Shown: positions 38,874 through 48,418 of the stretch, piece by piece | Position numbering within the stretch: position 1 is the stretch's first letter | Layout: the number at the start of each line of letters is the position of its first letter | NCBI GenBank assembly: GCA_934167665.1 | Contig: CAKPLN010000002.1 | Span: 232,107-296,106 of the forward strand | Direction: 5' to 3' | DNA from: an uncultured Bacilli bacterium | GTDB lineage: Bacteria; Bacillota_I; Bacilli_A; RF39; UBA660 | Length of the DNA stretch: 64,000 nt | Notes under the pieces: model-generated | What the model was told of the DNA's origin: nothing | Seen by the model: only the letters and a program-made list of their open reading frames with translations | Databases searched by the model: none | Program-made: the position numbers and the translations under genes

Positions 38874-38932
38874 ACAAGAAAAGAAATAAAATGAAGCAGA
38901 TTTTATCTATTTCATTTTATTTCTTTTCTTGT
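38874..38932. repeat. perfect 22-bp-stem inverted repeat at the junction of unique DNA and the truncated IS copy
   Basis: 38874-38895 is the exact reverse complement of 38911-38932, with a 15-nt loop. Confidence 0.9.
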
Positions 38933-39478
38933 AATATGATTATCTTCTCTTACACTAAAGTGTACTGCATCTATAAATACAAATGGATAAGTATCATCTA
39001 ATGGTCTTTCTTGCCATTCTTTTATTTCAGGTATTATTTGGTCTGTTATATTACTAACTACTGTTGCAGATACTTCTATTCCATATAATTCTTGTATTTG
39101 TTCGTTAATATCTCTAGTTGTTAATCCTTTTGCATATAATGAAATTATTTTATCCTCAATACCTGATACATCTCTTGTATTTTTAGGAACTATTTTTGGA
39201 TCAAATTCTCTATTTCTATCTCTAGGTGTTTCGAATTCAAATGAACCAAATTCACTTTTTAAATTCTTTTTTGTTGAGCCATTTCTATAATTTGTTTTTT
39301 CTGCCTTTTTGTCATATTTAGAGTATCCCATTGATGAATCAAACTCGGCATTCATCATTTCTTGTAATGCACCTTTGAACATATCTTTTAATGCACTTGA
39401 TAAATCTTGAGCAGTTTCAATTTTATAATTTTCTTGTAATAATTTTAATATTTATTTTCCTTTGTTATTTTCTTTCAT
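38932..39478 (-). pseudogene. IS256 transposase pseudogene (nonsense at codon 9, 3' truncated)
   Basis: ATG at 39478 gives MKENNKGK then TAA, where the full copy has GAA. Homology stops at about 38932. Confidence 0.85.
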
Positions 39479-39551
39479 AATAAAAATCTATCTATTTCTT
39501 TTATTTTATCATGGAAAGATTTCTTATTTACACAAATTTATTTACAGACTC
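38932..39551 (-). mobile_element. truncated IS256-family copy (right end plus 5' 547 nt of the transposase gene)
   Basis: Collinear with 37496-38115 of the full copy with scattered substitutions. It ends at the same terminus, ...TTTACAGACTC. Confidence 0.88.
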
Positions 39552-39580
39552 AATATCGTCTTTTATTAGACGATATTTTT
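39552..39580. terminator. bidirectional terminator hairpin split by the IS insertion
   Basis: AATATCGTC-ttttatta-GACGATATT followed by a T run. The left-arm heptamer is duplicated at 36717-36723, directly after the flippase stop codon. Confidence 0.65.
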
Positions 39581-40886
39581 ATCTTTTTTTAGTTAATTTT
39601 TTCTTTATATTTTTTAAATTATGATACATTTTGAAAGCAATATTGTAAGTATGGTACCAGAATGGGGATACGATATAGTCAAATTCTCCTATTAGTTCTG
39701 AAACGTGACCACCAAAGCTTTTTTTAAATAAGAATAGTCCATAGAGCGGATTTTCTTCTCTAAAATCACCTGTTATACCATAGAAGTTATAGCGACTATA
39801 ACCGTTTTCAACAGCATATTTTATTCCGGCAAAGTGTGTAGTGTAAGCTGATTGAAATTGCATTAGCTTTTCATCTGAACCACCATACAGTGATAGTACT
39901 TCATTACCATAAATAAGGAAAAGTATTCCGCCAAGTACTTTTTTAGCACCATATTGACTCTTTAATTCACTTATTTTTTCTAATTGCTTTTCTAGTCTAG
40001 AAATAGCTTCTTTATTTAGATTGTTACTTTGTAGGTATTTTTTATCATTCATTTTTAAAATGTTTTTTTCTTTTTTGCTGATACGATCTGTTAATTCTTT
40101 TTTATTTGTTTCTAATTCTTCTTTAGTATTTTTTTCATATGTATCAAAATTGATTTCAGCTATAATTATTTTTAAAATTCCTGAATCGTGTAGGGTATCC
40201 CACATAGCTTCATAGTAAGACAATGGTCTATCTATAAATTCGCGTCTATCACTTGTTGTTTGCATTATTTCTTTAAATATTGGCAACTCATCTTTAGTAA
40301 TTTCTCTTGTTGTAATTCCACAACGCTCATTTTTTCTTAGTATTTGTCTTGTCTTTGACTCCATTTCCTTCATTACTTCTTCAAGGGTTTTGTTTTTTGT
40401 TTCAATAATATGCATCCAACGAGGTTGAAGAGTATCTTGCATTAGATTAAAACCAAAGTGTTTATAGCCTAGTTGTTTTAAATTATCAACGCATTTTTGA
40501 TTATTAAAACCATCTTTAACAATATTACCAGAGTTATCATGTTCTTGGTATTCAACATAAGGATCTATTTTTATAAAAATACCGTTTTTAGTTTTTACAT
40601 AGTCTTTTAGTTTTGATGTAAATTCCTTTAGTAAATCAAAATTATTATAATCTATTAAATATCCTCTGGGTGAATAGAACATACTTTTTTTGATTATTGG
40701 TAATTCTTTTGATAATAATAAGGCTCCAGCTAATATTTTGTCTTTATCTTTTAGAGCTATATAATGACTTTGCCAGTTATTTTTTTTCTTTAAATTTGCC
40801 CATTCTTCAGTTTGATGAAAGGTTATTTCTGGACTTTTAATAGCAAATTCTTTAAACTCTTCTTTAGTTATTTCTGTTAATTTCAT
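39579..40886 (-). CDS. FemAB-family peptidoglycan interpeptide-bridge aminoacyltransferase
   Basis: N-terminal MKLTEITKEEFKEF...FHQTEEWANLKKK pattern, a central coiled-coil insertion and a C-terminal YNFYGI...GLFLFKKSFGG. Confidence 0.85.
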   Translation of the reverse strand: MKLTEITKEEFKEFAIKSPEITFHQTEEWANLKKKNNWQSHYIALKDKDKILAGALLLSKELPIIKKSMFYSPRGYLIDYNNFDLLKEFTSKLKDYVKTKNGIFIKIDPYVEYQEHDNSGNIVKDGFNNQKCVDNLKQLGYKHFGFNLMQDTLQPRWMHIIETKNKTLEEVMKEMESKTRQILRKNERCGITTREITKDELPIFKEIMQTTSDRREFIDRPLSYYEAMWDTLHDSGILKIIIAEINFDTYEKNTKEELETNKKELTDRISKKEKNILKMNDKKYLQSNNLNKEAISRLEKQLEKISELKSQYGAKKVLGGILFLIYGNEVLSLYGGSDEKLMQFQSAYTTHFAGIKYAVENGYSRYNFYGITGDFREENPLYGLFLFKKSFGGHVSELIGEFDYIVSPFWYHTYNIAFKMYHNLKNIKKKLTKKR

Positions 40887-42180
40887 TTTGAAGCTCCTTT
40901 TTACTTCTTTTTCTAACTAAGTTTCTATATATTGGAACTAATTTGGTAAAGATCATATACATAAATTTGTTTATTACATAGTCCCATTCTCCTAAAAATT
41001 CAATGTAATTTCCGCCAAATTTTTTCTTGAATTCATGTAGACCAAAGCGAGGATTACTCTCATTAATATCACCAATTGTTCCAAATTGATCATAAATTTT
41101 TATACCTTGTTCTTTACAGTATTTAATATGTTCATAGTATGTGTTGTAGTTTACGTATGTTTCACTTAAAATATTATGATTTCCTGCGTATAATACCCAA
41201 GCTTTGTTTCCATACTCGATAATCATATGAGCACTTAATGTTAAATCTTGACCATATTTTTGACGATATTCTTTATATTTTTCAATTTCTTTATTAATAT
41301 TTTCTTTTTGTTTTGTTAGTTCATTTAGTTTACTTTTAGCACTTTTACTTAAATTATCAATTGGTAAAATTGATATTTGATCATTTATACTTTTTAGATT
41401 TTTTTCAAGACTTTTAATAGTTTTATTTAAGTGTACTTTTCCTAAAAATAGAGTAGCTTTACTATTAGGTGTTCCATTAAAAATTTCATATAGTGTTTCA
41501 TAATAATCTTCGTTGTATGATATAAAGTCTTTTCTATTTTCAGTTAAGGTCATTAAATGATAAAACTCTTTGATATCATTTTTAGTACCTATTGTTACTT
41601 CAGTTTCTAATTTTAATGATTTAGCAATTCTTTGTTTAGTAGTTTTAGAGAAATGATCTTCTATTTCTTCTAGGGGTTGAGTTAAGTCTATTCTAAAAGT
41701 ATATCTTGGTTGCATTGTTTCAAAATTTTTGGTAAATCCTAGGTGTTTAAAGCCAACTTCTTTTAATGTTTCGTATATCTTTTCTGGATCGGCATCAGGT
41801 TTTATTTCTTCATTTAAATAGTTATAGTTTTTATAAATTATATCTGGATCTATTTTTACAAATATGGCTTTCTTTTTTTGAGCAAATTCAGCAATTTGCT
41901 TAGTCATAGTTTTTACTAATTCTTTTTTGTTATAGTCTAATACAAAGCCTCTAGGTGCATAAAAGTAACAATAGCCAAGAGGTAGCATTTTTTGTAGAAG
42001 AAGCGTTGCGGCTACTAATTCATCATTTTCATTTACTAATCCTAGATAGTATGGTGTTAGGCCTTTTTTAACTTTAGAAAATTCACCCCAAGCATGGGAT
42101 TGTAAAAAGTGAGACTTTGTTGGATGATTTTTAACATAATTATCATATATTTCTTTATCAATATTTTTTAATCTTAACAT
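40864..42180 (-). CDS. FemAB-family peptidoglycan interpeptide-bridge aminoacyltransferase (second paralog)
   Basis: Same architecture (FLQSHAWGEF, coiled-coil insert, GLHEFKKKFGG). Overlaps the downstream paralog by 23 nt. Confidence 0.85.
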   Translation of the reverse strand: MLRLKNIDKEIYDNYVKNHPTKSHFLQSHAWGEFSKVKKGLTPYYLGLVNENDELVAATLLLQKMLPLGYCYFYAPRGFVLDYNKKELVKTMTKQIAEFAQKKKAIFVKIDPDIIYKNYNYLNEEIKPDADPEKIYETLKEVGFKHLGFTKNFETMQPRYTFRIDLTQPLEEIEDHFSKTTKQRIAKSLKLETEVTIGTKNDIKEFYHLMTLTENRKDFISYNEDYYETLYEIFNGTPNSKATLFLGKVHLNKTIKSLEKNLKSINDQISILPIDNLSKSAKSKLNELTKQKENINKEIEKYKEYRQKYGQDLTLSAHMIIEYGNKAWVLYAGNHNILSETYVNYNTYYEHIKYCKEQGIKIYDQFGTIGDINESNPRFGLHEFKKKFGGNYIEFLGEWDYVINKFMYMIFTKLVPIYRNLVRKRSKKELQNEINRNN

Positions 42181-42354
42181 ATTAGATAATCACTTCCTTA
42201 TATAGTTAGTATATCATAGATTGTAATTTTTAAGGATAAAAGTGTTATATATATGAAAAAATAAGGAATTTGATTATTATTATATTTATAATTTTTCTTT
42301 AGAAATTACTTATTGTACACTTATAAGTTACAATTCTTTTTTAAAAAAAGAAGG

Positions 42355-42543
42355 CTACATCATATATTTTCCTTCTTCTTTTTGTAAATAATTTTTATAA
42401 GTTTTATTTTCTAATTTGTCTACTTTTTCTTTTAAAATTTTAACATCATATTTTAATTTTCTTATTTCTTCTTCTACATTAAACATTGGTTGATTTTGAT
42501 AGGGTGGTAGATAAGGAAATGGCATATTATTCATTGGTATCAA
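42355..42543 (-). CDS. small hypothetical protein (62 aa, Pro/Gln-rich N-terminus plus coiled coil)
   Basis: ORF only. No family recognised. Confidence 0.35.
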   Translation of the reverse strand: MIPMNNMPFPYLPPYQNQPMFNVEEEIRKLKYDVKILKEKVDKLENKTYKNYLQKEEGKYMM

Positions 42544-42609
42544 CTCATCTTTCTTTTTATTATATGCTAATTTATAGTTTATGTGTTAAAATATTTGGTG
42601 GTGATTATT

Positions 42610-43257
42610 ATGAGACTTAGAAATGTTAAGAATAAAGAAGAAATTTTAAATGCCTCAGCATATTTAATTAAGGAACCAGAAAAATATATAGGTAATTGGA
42701 AAAACTTTTTTGGAAATAGTAACCCAATTTATGTAGAAATAGGTATGGGTAAAGGTAAATTTATTATTGAAAATGCTTTAAAGTATCCTAATATAAATTT
42801 TATTGGTATTGAAAAATATGATAGTATTATTGCGAGAAGTTTACCTAAGATACCTGATAATATTAAAAATTTAGTTGTAATTAGAATGGATGCTAATAAC
42901 ATAGATAAAGTATTTAAAAATGAAATAAGTAGAATTTATTTGAATTTTTCAGATCCTTGGCCTAAAGTTCGACATGCTTCTAGGAGACTTTCTAGTAAAG
43001 TTTTTCTTGATAAGTATGCTTCATTATTTATAGATAATCAAGAAATATGTATGAGAACTGATAATAGAGATTTATATATATATTCTTTAATGAGTTTTAG
43101 TGAAAATGGTTATGTTTTATCTGAAATTAGTTTTGATTTACATAAGGATGCAGACAGTTCTTTAATAACTACTGAATATGAGGATAAGTTTTCTAGTAAA
43201 GGAATGCCTATTTATGTGGTTACAGCTAGAAAATATAGTGTCCAAAATAGTAAATAA
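42610..43257 (+). CDS. trmB: tRNA (guanine46-N7)-methyltransferase
   Basis: EIGMGKGKF (SAM-binding motif) and NFSDPWPKVRH. ATG at 42610. Confidence 0.9.
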   Translation: MRLRNVKNKEEILNASAYLIKEPEKYIGNWKNFFGNSNPIYVEIGMGKGKFIIENALKYPNINFIGIEKYDSIIARSLPKIPDNIKNLVVIRMDANNIDKVFKNEISRIYLNFSDPWPKVRHASRRLSSKVFLDKYASLFIDNQEICMRTDNRDLYIYSLMSFSENGYVLSEISFDLHKDADSSLITTEYEDKFSSKGMPIYVVTARKYSVQNSK

Positions 43258-43317
43258 TATTAAAATATTTTTACATTTATAAAAAATTTGATATAATGTA
43301 GTAAGAGTAGGTGAACT

Positions 43318-43980
43318 ATGAAGAAGATAATTGTTTTACTCTCTATAGTTTTATTGTCTATTACAGGATGTACTGTTAGTAAATTAGATAATAAAAATAT
43401 TACTTCGAATATTAATATTTTACTTTCACAAAAGTCTAAAGTGACTAATGCTAGTTTTGAAGGATATAAATATTATGTTCCTAAGGGTTTAAAGTTCTTG
43501 AATAAAGAAGATTATAATGCTGTATTTAGAGATAGGTTTGATAATAAGTATTATTTATTTGTTGATGTTATTGGATATTACCATAAGGTAGAAAATACAT
43601 ATGAAGTTGATGATGAGGCTTATTATTCTGATATCATTTCTTATAATGATAAAGATGGATATATTGAGATTAATAAAGTAGATGATAATAAGTATTATAT
43701 TCAATATGTGTTTAATTATGGTAGGATGCAAGCTTTAATAGATAGTAAGTATTTAACTACTGTTGTTAATAATATGAGTTATATTTTGAGATCTATCGTG
43801 TATAATGATGAGGTTTTGGATAGTTTGGTTGGAGAGAATATTTTAAGTTATTCTGAGGAAAATTTTTCATTGTTTGAAACTAAAGCAACACGTGAAGATT
43901 TTTTGGATGTTGTTGAAAAGTATGATTCTGGATATAAAGAAGCAAAAGATCATGAAAAGTTAGAACTTAATGATGAATAA
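43318..43980 (+). CDS. putative lipoprotein
   Basis: Lipobox LLSITGC. Confidence 0.6.
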   Translation: MKKIIVLLSIVLLSITGCTVSKLDNKNITSNINILLSQKSKVTNASFEGYKYYVPKGLKFLNKEDYNAVFRDRFDNKYYLFVDVIGYYHKVENTYEVDDEAYYSDIISYNDKDGYIEINKVDDNKYYIQYVFNYGRMQALIDSKYLTTVVNNMSYILRSIVYNDEVLDSLVGENILSYSEENFSLFETKATREDFLDVVEKYDSGYKEAKDHEKLELNDE

Positions 43981-43998
43981 AATTGAAGAGGTGAGTTC

Positions 43999-45057
43999 AT
44001 GGGTGTATTTGAAAGGCTAAAAAATGCTCTTTTTGAAGAGGAGTATGTTGAGGTTGAGGAAAAGCCTAAAACAAAGCAGTTACCAAAGAAAAATAAATTT
44101 AAAGAAATTAAAAAAGAAGCTATAAAAGAAGATAGTGATAAATATAAGGATGAAAAGCCAATTGCCAAGAAAATTGTTTTACCAGAAAAGAAGGAATCTT
44201 ATACAGAAGAGTTAGATAATAATGAGGTTCTTTTGGATGAAGACGAAGATAGCTCTTTAGAAAAGACACATGAAGAAAAGAAACAATTTAGAATTATGGA
44301 TGATAGTGACTTTACAGTTGATTCTGAAGTTAGACATTACGAACCAGATGTTGAACCACAAATTGTTAAAGTTATAGAAAAGGAAGTACCTCCAGCTTAT
44401 GGTCGTAGCAATGAAAATTTATATCATGGACGTATTCCTAATCAGCCTTACGGTTCAACTGATTCCCCTAGAAATACAGTTGCTGATTATAGGGGATATG
44501 ATACTAGAAAAGAAGAGTCAACACATTTTAAACCGTCTCCTATCATTTCACCAATTTATGGTGTTTTGGATAAGAACTATAAAAGAGAAGATGTTGTTTC
44601 TAAAAAGGAAATTAGATTTACAAGTAGTATAGCAAAAGAAAAACTTAACGTTGATGATGTTAGAGAAAAGGCTTTTGGTACAACACCTGAAGTTGAGGAA
44701 GAAGAAGTTGTTTTAGAAAAGAAGGAAAAAGTTAAACCTACTTTTGATGTTGAAACTACTTCCAATTTGCTTGTTGATTTAACTTCTGATGATAGTAAGC
44801 CAGCTGTTAAAGATGTAACTGTTGGAGATGCTGTTGAATATTTTGAAGATTTAGGTTTAGAGTACAATGTTGATTATCTTGATGCTAGTAAAAAAGCTAC
44901 TGGTAGAAGAGTAAAAGATAATTATAATGAAGAAGATACTGTAGAACATGATAAAACTGATAAGGAACCAGTTATTGTTGATAAAAATACTGATGATAGT
45001 AGTGATGATGATAATTTATTTGACTTAATTGATTCTATGTATCAGGATAAAGAATAA
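43999..45057 (+). CDS. highly acidic, probably disordered protein with conserved-looking termini
   Basis: 352 aa rich in E, D and K. N-terminal amphipathic MGVFERLKNALF and C-terminal NLFDLIDSMY. Confidence 0.5.
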   Translation: MGVFERLKNALFEEEYVEVEEKPKTKQLPKKNKFKEIKKEAIKEDSDKYKDEKPIAKKIVLPEKKESYTEELDNNEVLLDEDEDSSLEKTHEEKKQFRIMDDSDFTVDSEVRHYEPDVEPQIVKVIEKEVPPAYGRSNENLYHGRIPNQPYGSTDSPRNTVADYRGYDTRKEESTHFKPSPIISPIYGVLDKNYKREDVVSKKEIRFTSSIAKEKLNVDDVREKAFGTTPEVEEEEVVLEKKEKVKPTFDVETTSNLLVDLTSDDSKPAVKDVTVGDAVEYFEDLGLEYNVDYLDASKKATGRRVKDNYNEEDTVEHDKTDKEPVIVDKNTDDSSDDDNLFDLIDSMYQDKE

Positions 45058-45069
45058 AGGAGAATTTCT

Positions 45070-45369
45070 ATGGATAGCACTTTAAATATGATTTTACCTG
45101 TATTATTATGTGTTTTTGGGATTATACTATTAGTAGTTTTAATTATTCTAGGGATAAGATTAATTGTGATGTTGGATAAAGTAGATAGACTTGTTGATAA
45201 TGTTGAGAATAAAGTTAATTCATTAAATGGAGCATTTGCTTTGATTGATAGAACAACTGATGGTATCGCATTAATTAGTGATTCAGTAGTTAATGCAATT
45301 GCTGGTCTTGTTCATAGATTAATTGGTAAAAAAAATAGAAAGAAAAAGGAGAATGAAGATTATGAGTAA
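45070..45369 (+). CDS. DUF948-like membrane protein
   Basis: One N-terminal TM helix, then a helical region. Pairing with a YtxH-like gene is typical in Bacillota. Confidence 0.6.
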   Translation: MDSTLNMILPVLLCVFGIILLVVLIILGIRLIVMLDKVDRLVDNVENKVNSLNGAFALIDRTTDGIALISDSVVNAIAGLVHRLIGKKNRKKKENEDYE

Positions 45370-45769
45370 AAAGAATGGTTTAGGTAAGTTTATTGCAGGA
45401 GCTTTTGTAGGAGCTGGATTAGGTCTTTTATTTGCACCTAAAAAGGGTAGTGATTTACGTGCTGATTTAAAAGTAAAAATCGAAGAATTGATGGCTAAAG
45501 TTAAAGAAATCGACATTGAAGATGTTAAAAATGAATTTGATTATAAATTACAGGAAATAAAAGTAGAATTAGAAGATTTAGATAAAGAAAAGGTATTAGA
45601 AATTGCTCAAAAGAAGGCTAAACAACTTAAAGAAAAGGCTGAGGATTTAGTTCAATTAGCAATTGATAAAGGTACTCCTGTATTAGAAGATGCAGCAATG
45701 GAAATTAGAAAAAAGGCTATTGCAGTTACTAAAGAAGTATTAAAGAAATTAGAATCAGCTGAAAAATAA
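45362..45769 (+). CDS. YtxH domain protein
   Basis: GKFIAGAFVGAGLGLLFAPKKGSDLRADLK is the YtxH signature. ATG at 45362 follows AAGGAG. Confidence 0.8.
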   Translation: MSKKNGLGKFIAGAFVGAGLGLLFAPKKGSDLRADLKVKIEELMAKVKEIDIEDVKNEFDYKLQEIKVELEDLDKEKVLEIAQKKAKQLKEKAEDLVQLAIDKGTPVLEDAAMEIRKKAIAVTKEVLKKLESAEK

Positions 45770-45844
45770 ACTTTTGTTTATTTTTTTCTTGTATGAATTT
45801 ATTGTTATGATATAATAAATATATATTTTCATTGATTAATATTT

Positions 45845-46031
45845 AGTAGATTTTAATTATTATTTAAGAGACTTAGTGGTTGGTGTAAACTAAGAAGTAA
45901 TTATGATTGAATTACACTATTAGGAGAAAATCGTTTATTGCGTTAAGATAATTAAAGTGCACAGATATCTGTGAATTAAGGTGGTACCGCGAACTATTCG
46001 TCCTTATTAGGATGAGTAGTTTTTATTTTTA
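45845..46031 (+). promoter_or_regulatory. T-box leader, probable Tyr (UAC) specifier
   Basis: AAGAGAC and a GGTTGGTGTAAA distal loop. Candidate specifier TAC at 45913-45915. T-box AAGGTGGTACCGCG at about 45978-45992. Terminator CTATTCGTCC-ttatta-GGATGAGTAG followed by a T run. Confidence 0.85.
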
Positions 46032-46041
46032 AGGAGGAATT

Positions 46042-46584
46042 ATGCATACAGAATATGAAGTTAGGGTTTTAGAAATTGATAGAGAGGAACTTGTTAAAAA
46101 ATTAGAAGAACTTGGGGCTAAAGCTGAATGGGATAGAGTTCAAAAAAGATATGTTTATGATTTTATTCCTAAAATTGATGGTAAATGGATTAGACTTAGA
46201 ACTAATGGGGATAAAACTACATTGACAATTAAAAATGTAGTGTCTTCTAAGATTGATGGCACTCAAGAGTTGGAAATTGAGGTTAATAATTTTGAACGTT
46301 GCCATTTAATTTTAAAAGAGTTAGGGTATGAAGCTAAAGGATATCAAGAGAATAGAAGAGCTCATTATTCACTTTTTGGTGTTGATATTGATATTGATAC
46401 TTGGCCTAAGATACCAACTTATTTAGAAATAGAAGGAGCAAGTGAAGAGGCTGTTTATCATGTCCTAGAAGTATTAGGATTTGATAAGGGAGATGCAACA
46501 ACTATGGATGTTCAAAAGATATATGAACATTATGGATACAATTTAAATGAGATGTATAATTTAAAATTAGAGGAGGATAAATAA
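46042..46584 (+). CDS. CYTH domain protein (class IV adenylate cyclase / triphosphatase fold)
   Basis: N-terminal EYEVRV (ExExK-type motif), about 180 aa, with a characteristic acidic/basic beta-strand pattern. Confidence 0.7.
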   Translation: MHTEYEVRVLEIDREELVKKLEELGAKAEWDRVQKRYVYDFIPKIDGKWIRLRTNGDKTTLTIKNVVSSKIDGTQELEIEVNNFERCHLILKELGYEAKGYQENRRAHYSLFGVDIDIDTWPKIPTYLEIEGASEEAVYHVLEVLGFDKGDATTMDVQKIYEHYGYNLNEMYNLKLEEDK

Positions 46585-46585
46585 T

Positions 46586-47812
46586 ATGACTTTATTTGAA
46601 GAATTAAAATGGAGAGGGTTAGTACAAGATATATCTAGCCCAGAACTTATAGATAAATTAAATGCTGGAGGACTTACTTTTTATATTGGAACTGATCCTA
46701 CAGCAGATTCTATGCATATTGGTCATTACTCTTCATTCTTAATATCTAAGCGTTTAGCAAAAGCAGGTCATCATCCTATTCTTTTAATTGGGGGAGCTAC
46801 TGGATTAATTGGAGATCCTAAACCTACAGCTGAAAGACCAATGATTTCAAAGGAAGAGGTTGAACATAATTTTAAAGGTCTAAAAGAACAGGCTGAGAGA
46901 ATTTTTGGATTTGAAGTTGTAAATAATTTTGATTGGACAAAAGATATCAATGTAATAGATTTTTTAAGAGACTATGGTAAATATTTTAATGTCAATTATA
47001 TGTTGGCTAAAGATAAAGTAAAAAGTAGACTAGAATCAGGTATTACGTATGCTGAATTTTCTTATATGATTTTACAGGCTTTAGATTTTATGCATTTATA
47101 TCAAACTAGAAATTGTGTTTTACAAGTAGCAGGTTCTGATCAATGGGGAAATATTACTTCTGGTATAGAACTTGTAAGAAAAAAATTTGATAAAGAAGTT
47201 TATGGTATGGTTATGCCTTTAGTTACAGATTCTCGTGGTGTTAAATTTGGCAAAACTGAGGGGAATGCTTTATGGTTAGATAGAAATAAAACCTCTAGCT
47301 ATGAATTATATCAATACTTAATTAATCTAGAAGATTGTATGATAATAGATTATTTGAAAAAATTAACTTTCTTAAGTAAAGAAGAGATAGAAGATATTGA
47401 AAGAAGACACAAAGAAAAACCAGAATTAAGAGAAGCTCATAAAATTTTAGCAAGAGAAGTAATTACAGATTTACATGGAGAAGAAGCATATTTAGAAGCT
47501 GTTAATATTAGTGAAGCGTTATTTAGTGGTAATATTGAAAACTTTACAGAAAATGATATTAAAGATGCTTTTAAAGGAATAGAGCCTTTTAAAATAGATA
47601 AGGATATGTCATTAGTTGATCTATTAATATATGGTGGTATTTGTTCTAGTAAAAGAGAAGCTAGGGAATTTATCTCTAATGGTTCTATAAGTGTAAATGG
47701 TAAAAAAGTAATTGATTTAGATTTGGTTATTTCTAAAGATATTTCTTTATGTTCTAAATATATTATTATTAGACGTGGTAAGAAAAAATATTATATTGGT
47801 GTATATGAATAA
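46586..47812 (+). CDS. tyrS: tyrosine--tRNA ligase
   Basis: HIGH motif (SMHIGHY), KFGKT (KMSKS variant) and a C-terminal S4-like domain. Confidence 0.96.
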   Translation: MTLFEELKWRGLVQDISSPELIDKLNAGGLTFYIGTDPTADSMHIGHYSSFLISKRLAKAGHHPILLIGGATGLIGDPKPTAERPMISKEEVEHNFKGLKEQAERIFGFEVVNNFDWTKDINVIDFLRDYGKYFNVNYMLAKDKVKSRLESGITYAEFSYMILQALDFMHLYQTRNCVLQVAGSDQWGNITSGIELVRKKFDKEVYGMVMPLVTDSRGVKFGKTEGNALWLDRNKTSSYELYQYLINLEDCMIIDYLKKLTFLSKEEIEDIERRHKEKPELREAHKILAREVITDLHGEEAYLEAVNISEALFSGNIENFTENDIKDAFKGIEPFKIDKDMSLVDLLIYGGICSSKREAREFISNGSISVNGKKVIDLDLVISKDISLCSKYIIIRRGKKKYYIGVYE

Positions 47813-47872
47813 AGAGGAGTTTTCCTCTTTTCCTGTGGAAAGTATTTTATTTAGCTTTGGAGTGTGATGGAG

Positions 47873-48418
47873 ATGAAAATTACTTTAGTTAGACATGGAC
47901 AAACTGATTATAATTATGAAAATAAATTACAGGGCCTTATTAATAATTATTTAAATGATGAAGGAAGAAGAGAGTGTAAAAAACTTAGGAATAGTCTTAA
48001 TGATAAACATTTTGATGTTTGTTATATGTCTCCTTTATTACGGGCTGTTGAAACCGCTATAATTTTAATTGGTGATAGAGTTGAAACAGTGGTTGATAAA
48101 CGTTTAATAGAACGTGATATGGGTAAATTAGAAGGAAAAGATAGAAGTAAGTATGATCATAAAAAATATTGGGATTACAATTTAAATTGTGGTGATGATG
48201 ATGTTGAAAAAATACAAGATGTTTTTAAAAGATGTGAAGATTTTCTAGATTATATTTTTGAACATGAAGCAGGTAAGGATATTTTAATTGTTTCTCATGG
48301 ATCTACTATTAGAGCCCTTCACCATTTACTTAATAAAACTGATTTAAAGAATGGTAATTTATTTGATGTTGATATATGTAATTGTTATTGTGAGGAGATA
48401 GATATTACAGATAAGTAG
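47873..48418 (+). CDS. histidine phosphatase family protein
   Basis: ITLVRHGQTDYN and VSHGSTIRAL motifs. Confidence 0.8.
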   Translation: MKITLVRHGQTDYNYENKLQGLINNYLNDEGRRECKKLRNSLNDKHFDVCYMSPLLRAVETAIILIGDRVETVVDKRLIERDMGKLEGKDRSKYDHKKYWDYNLNCGDDDVEKIQDVFKRCEDFLDYIFEHEAGKDILIVSHGSTIRALHHLLNKTDLKNGNLFDVDICNCYCEEIDITDK

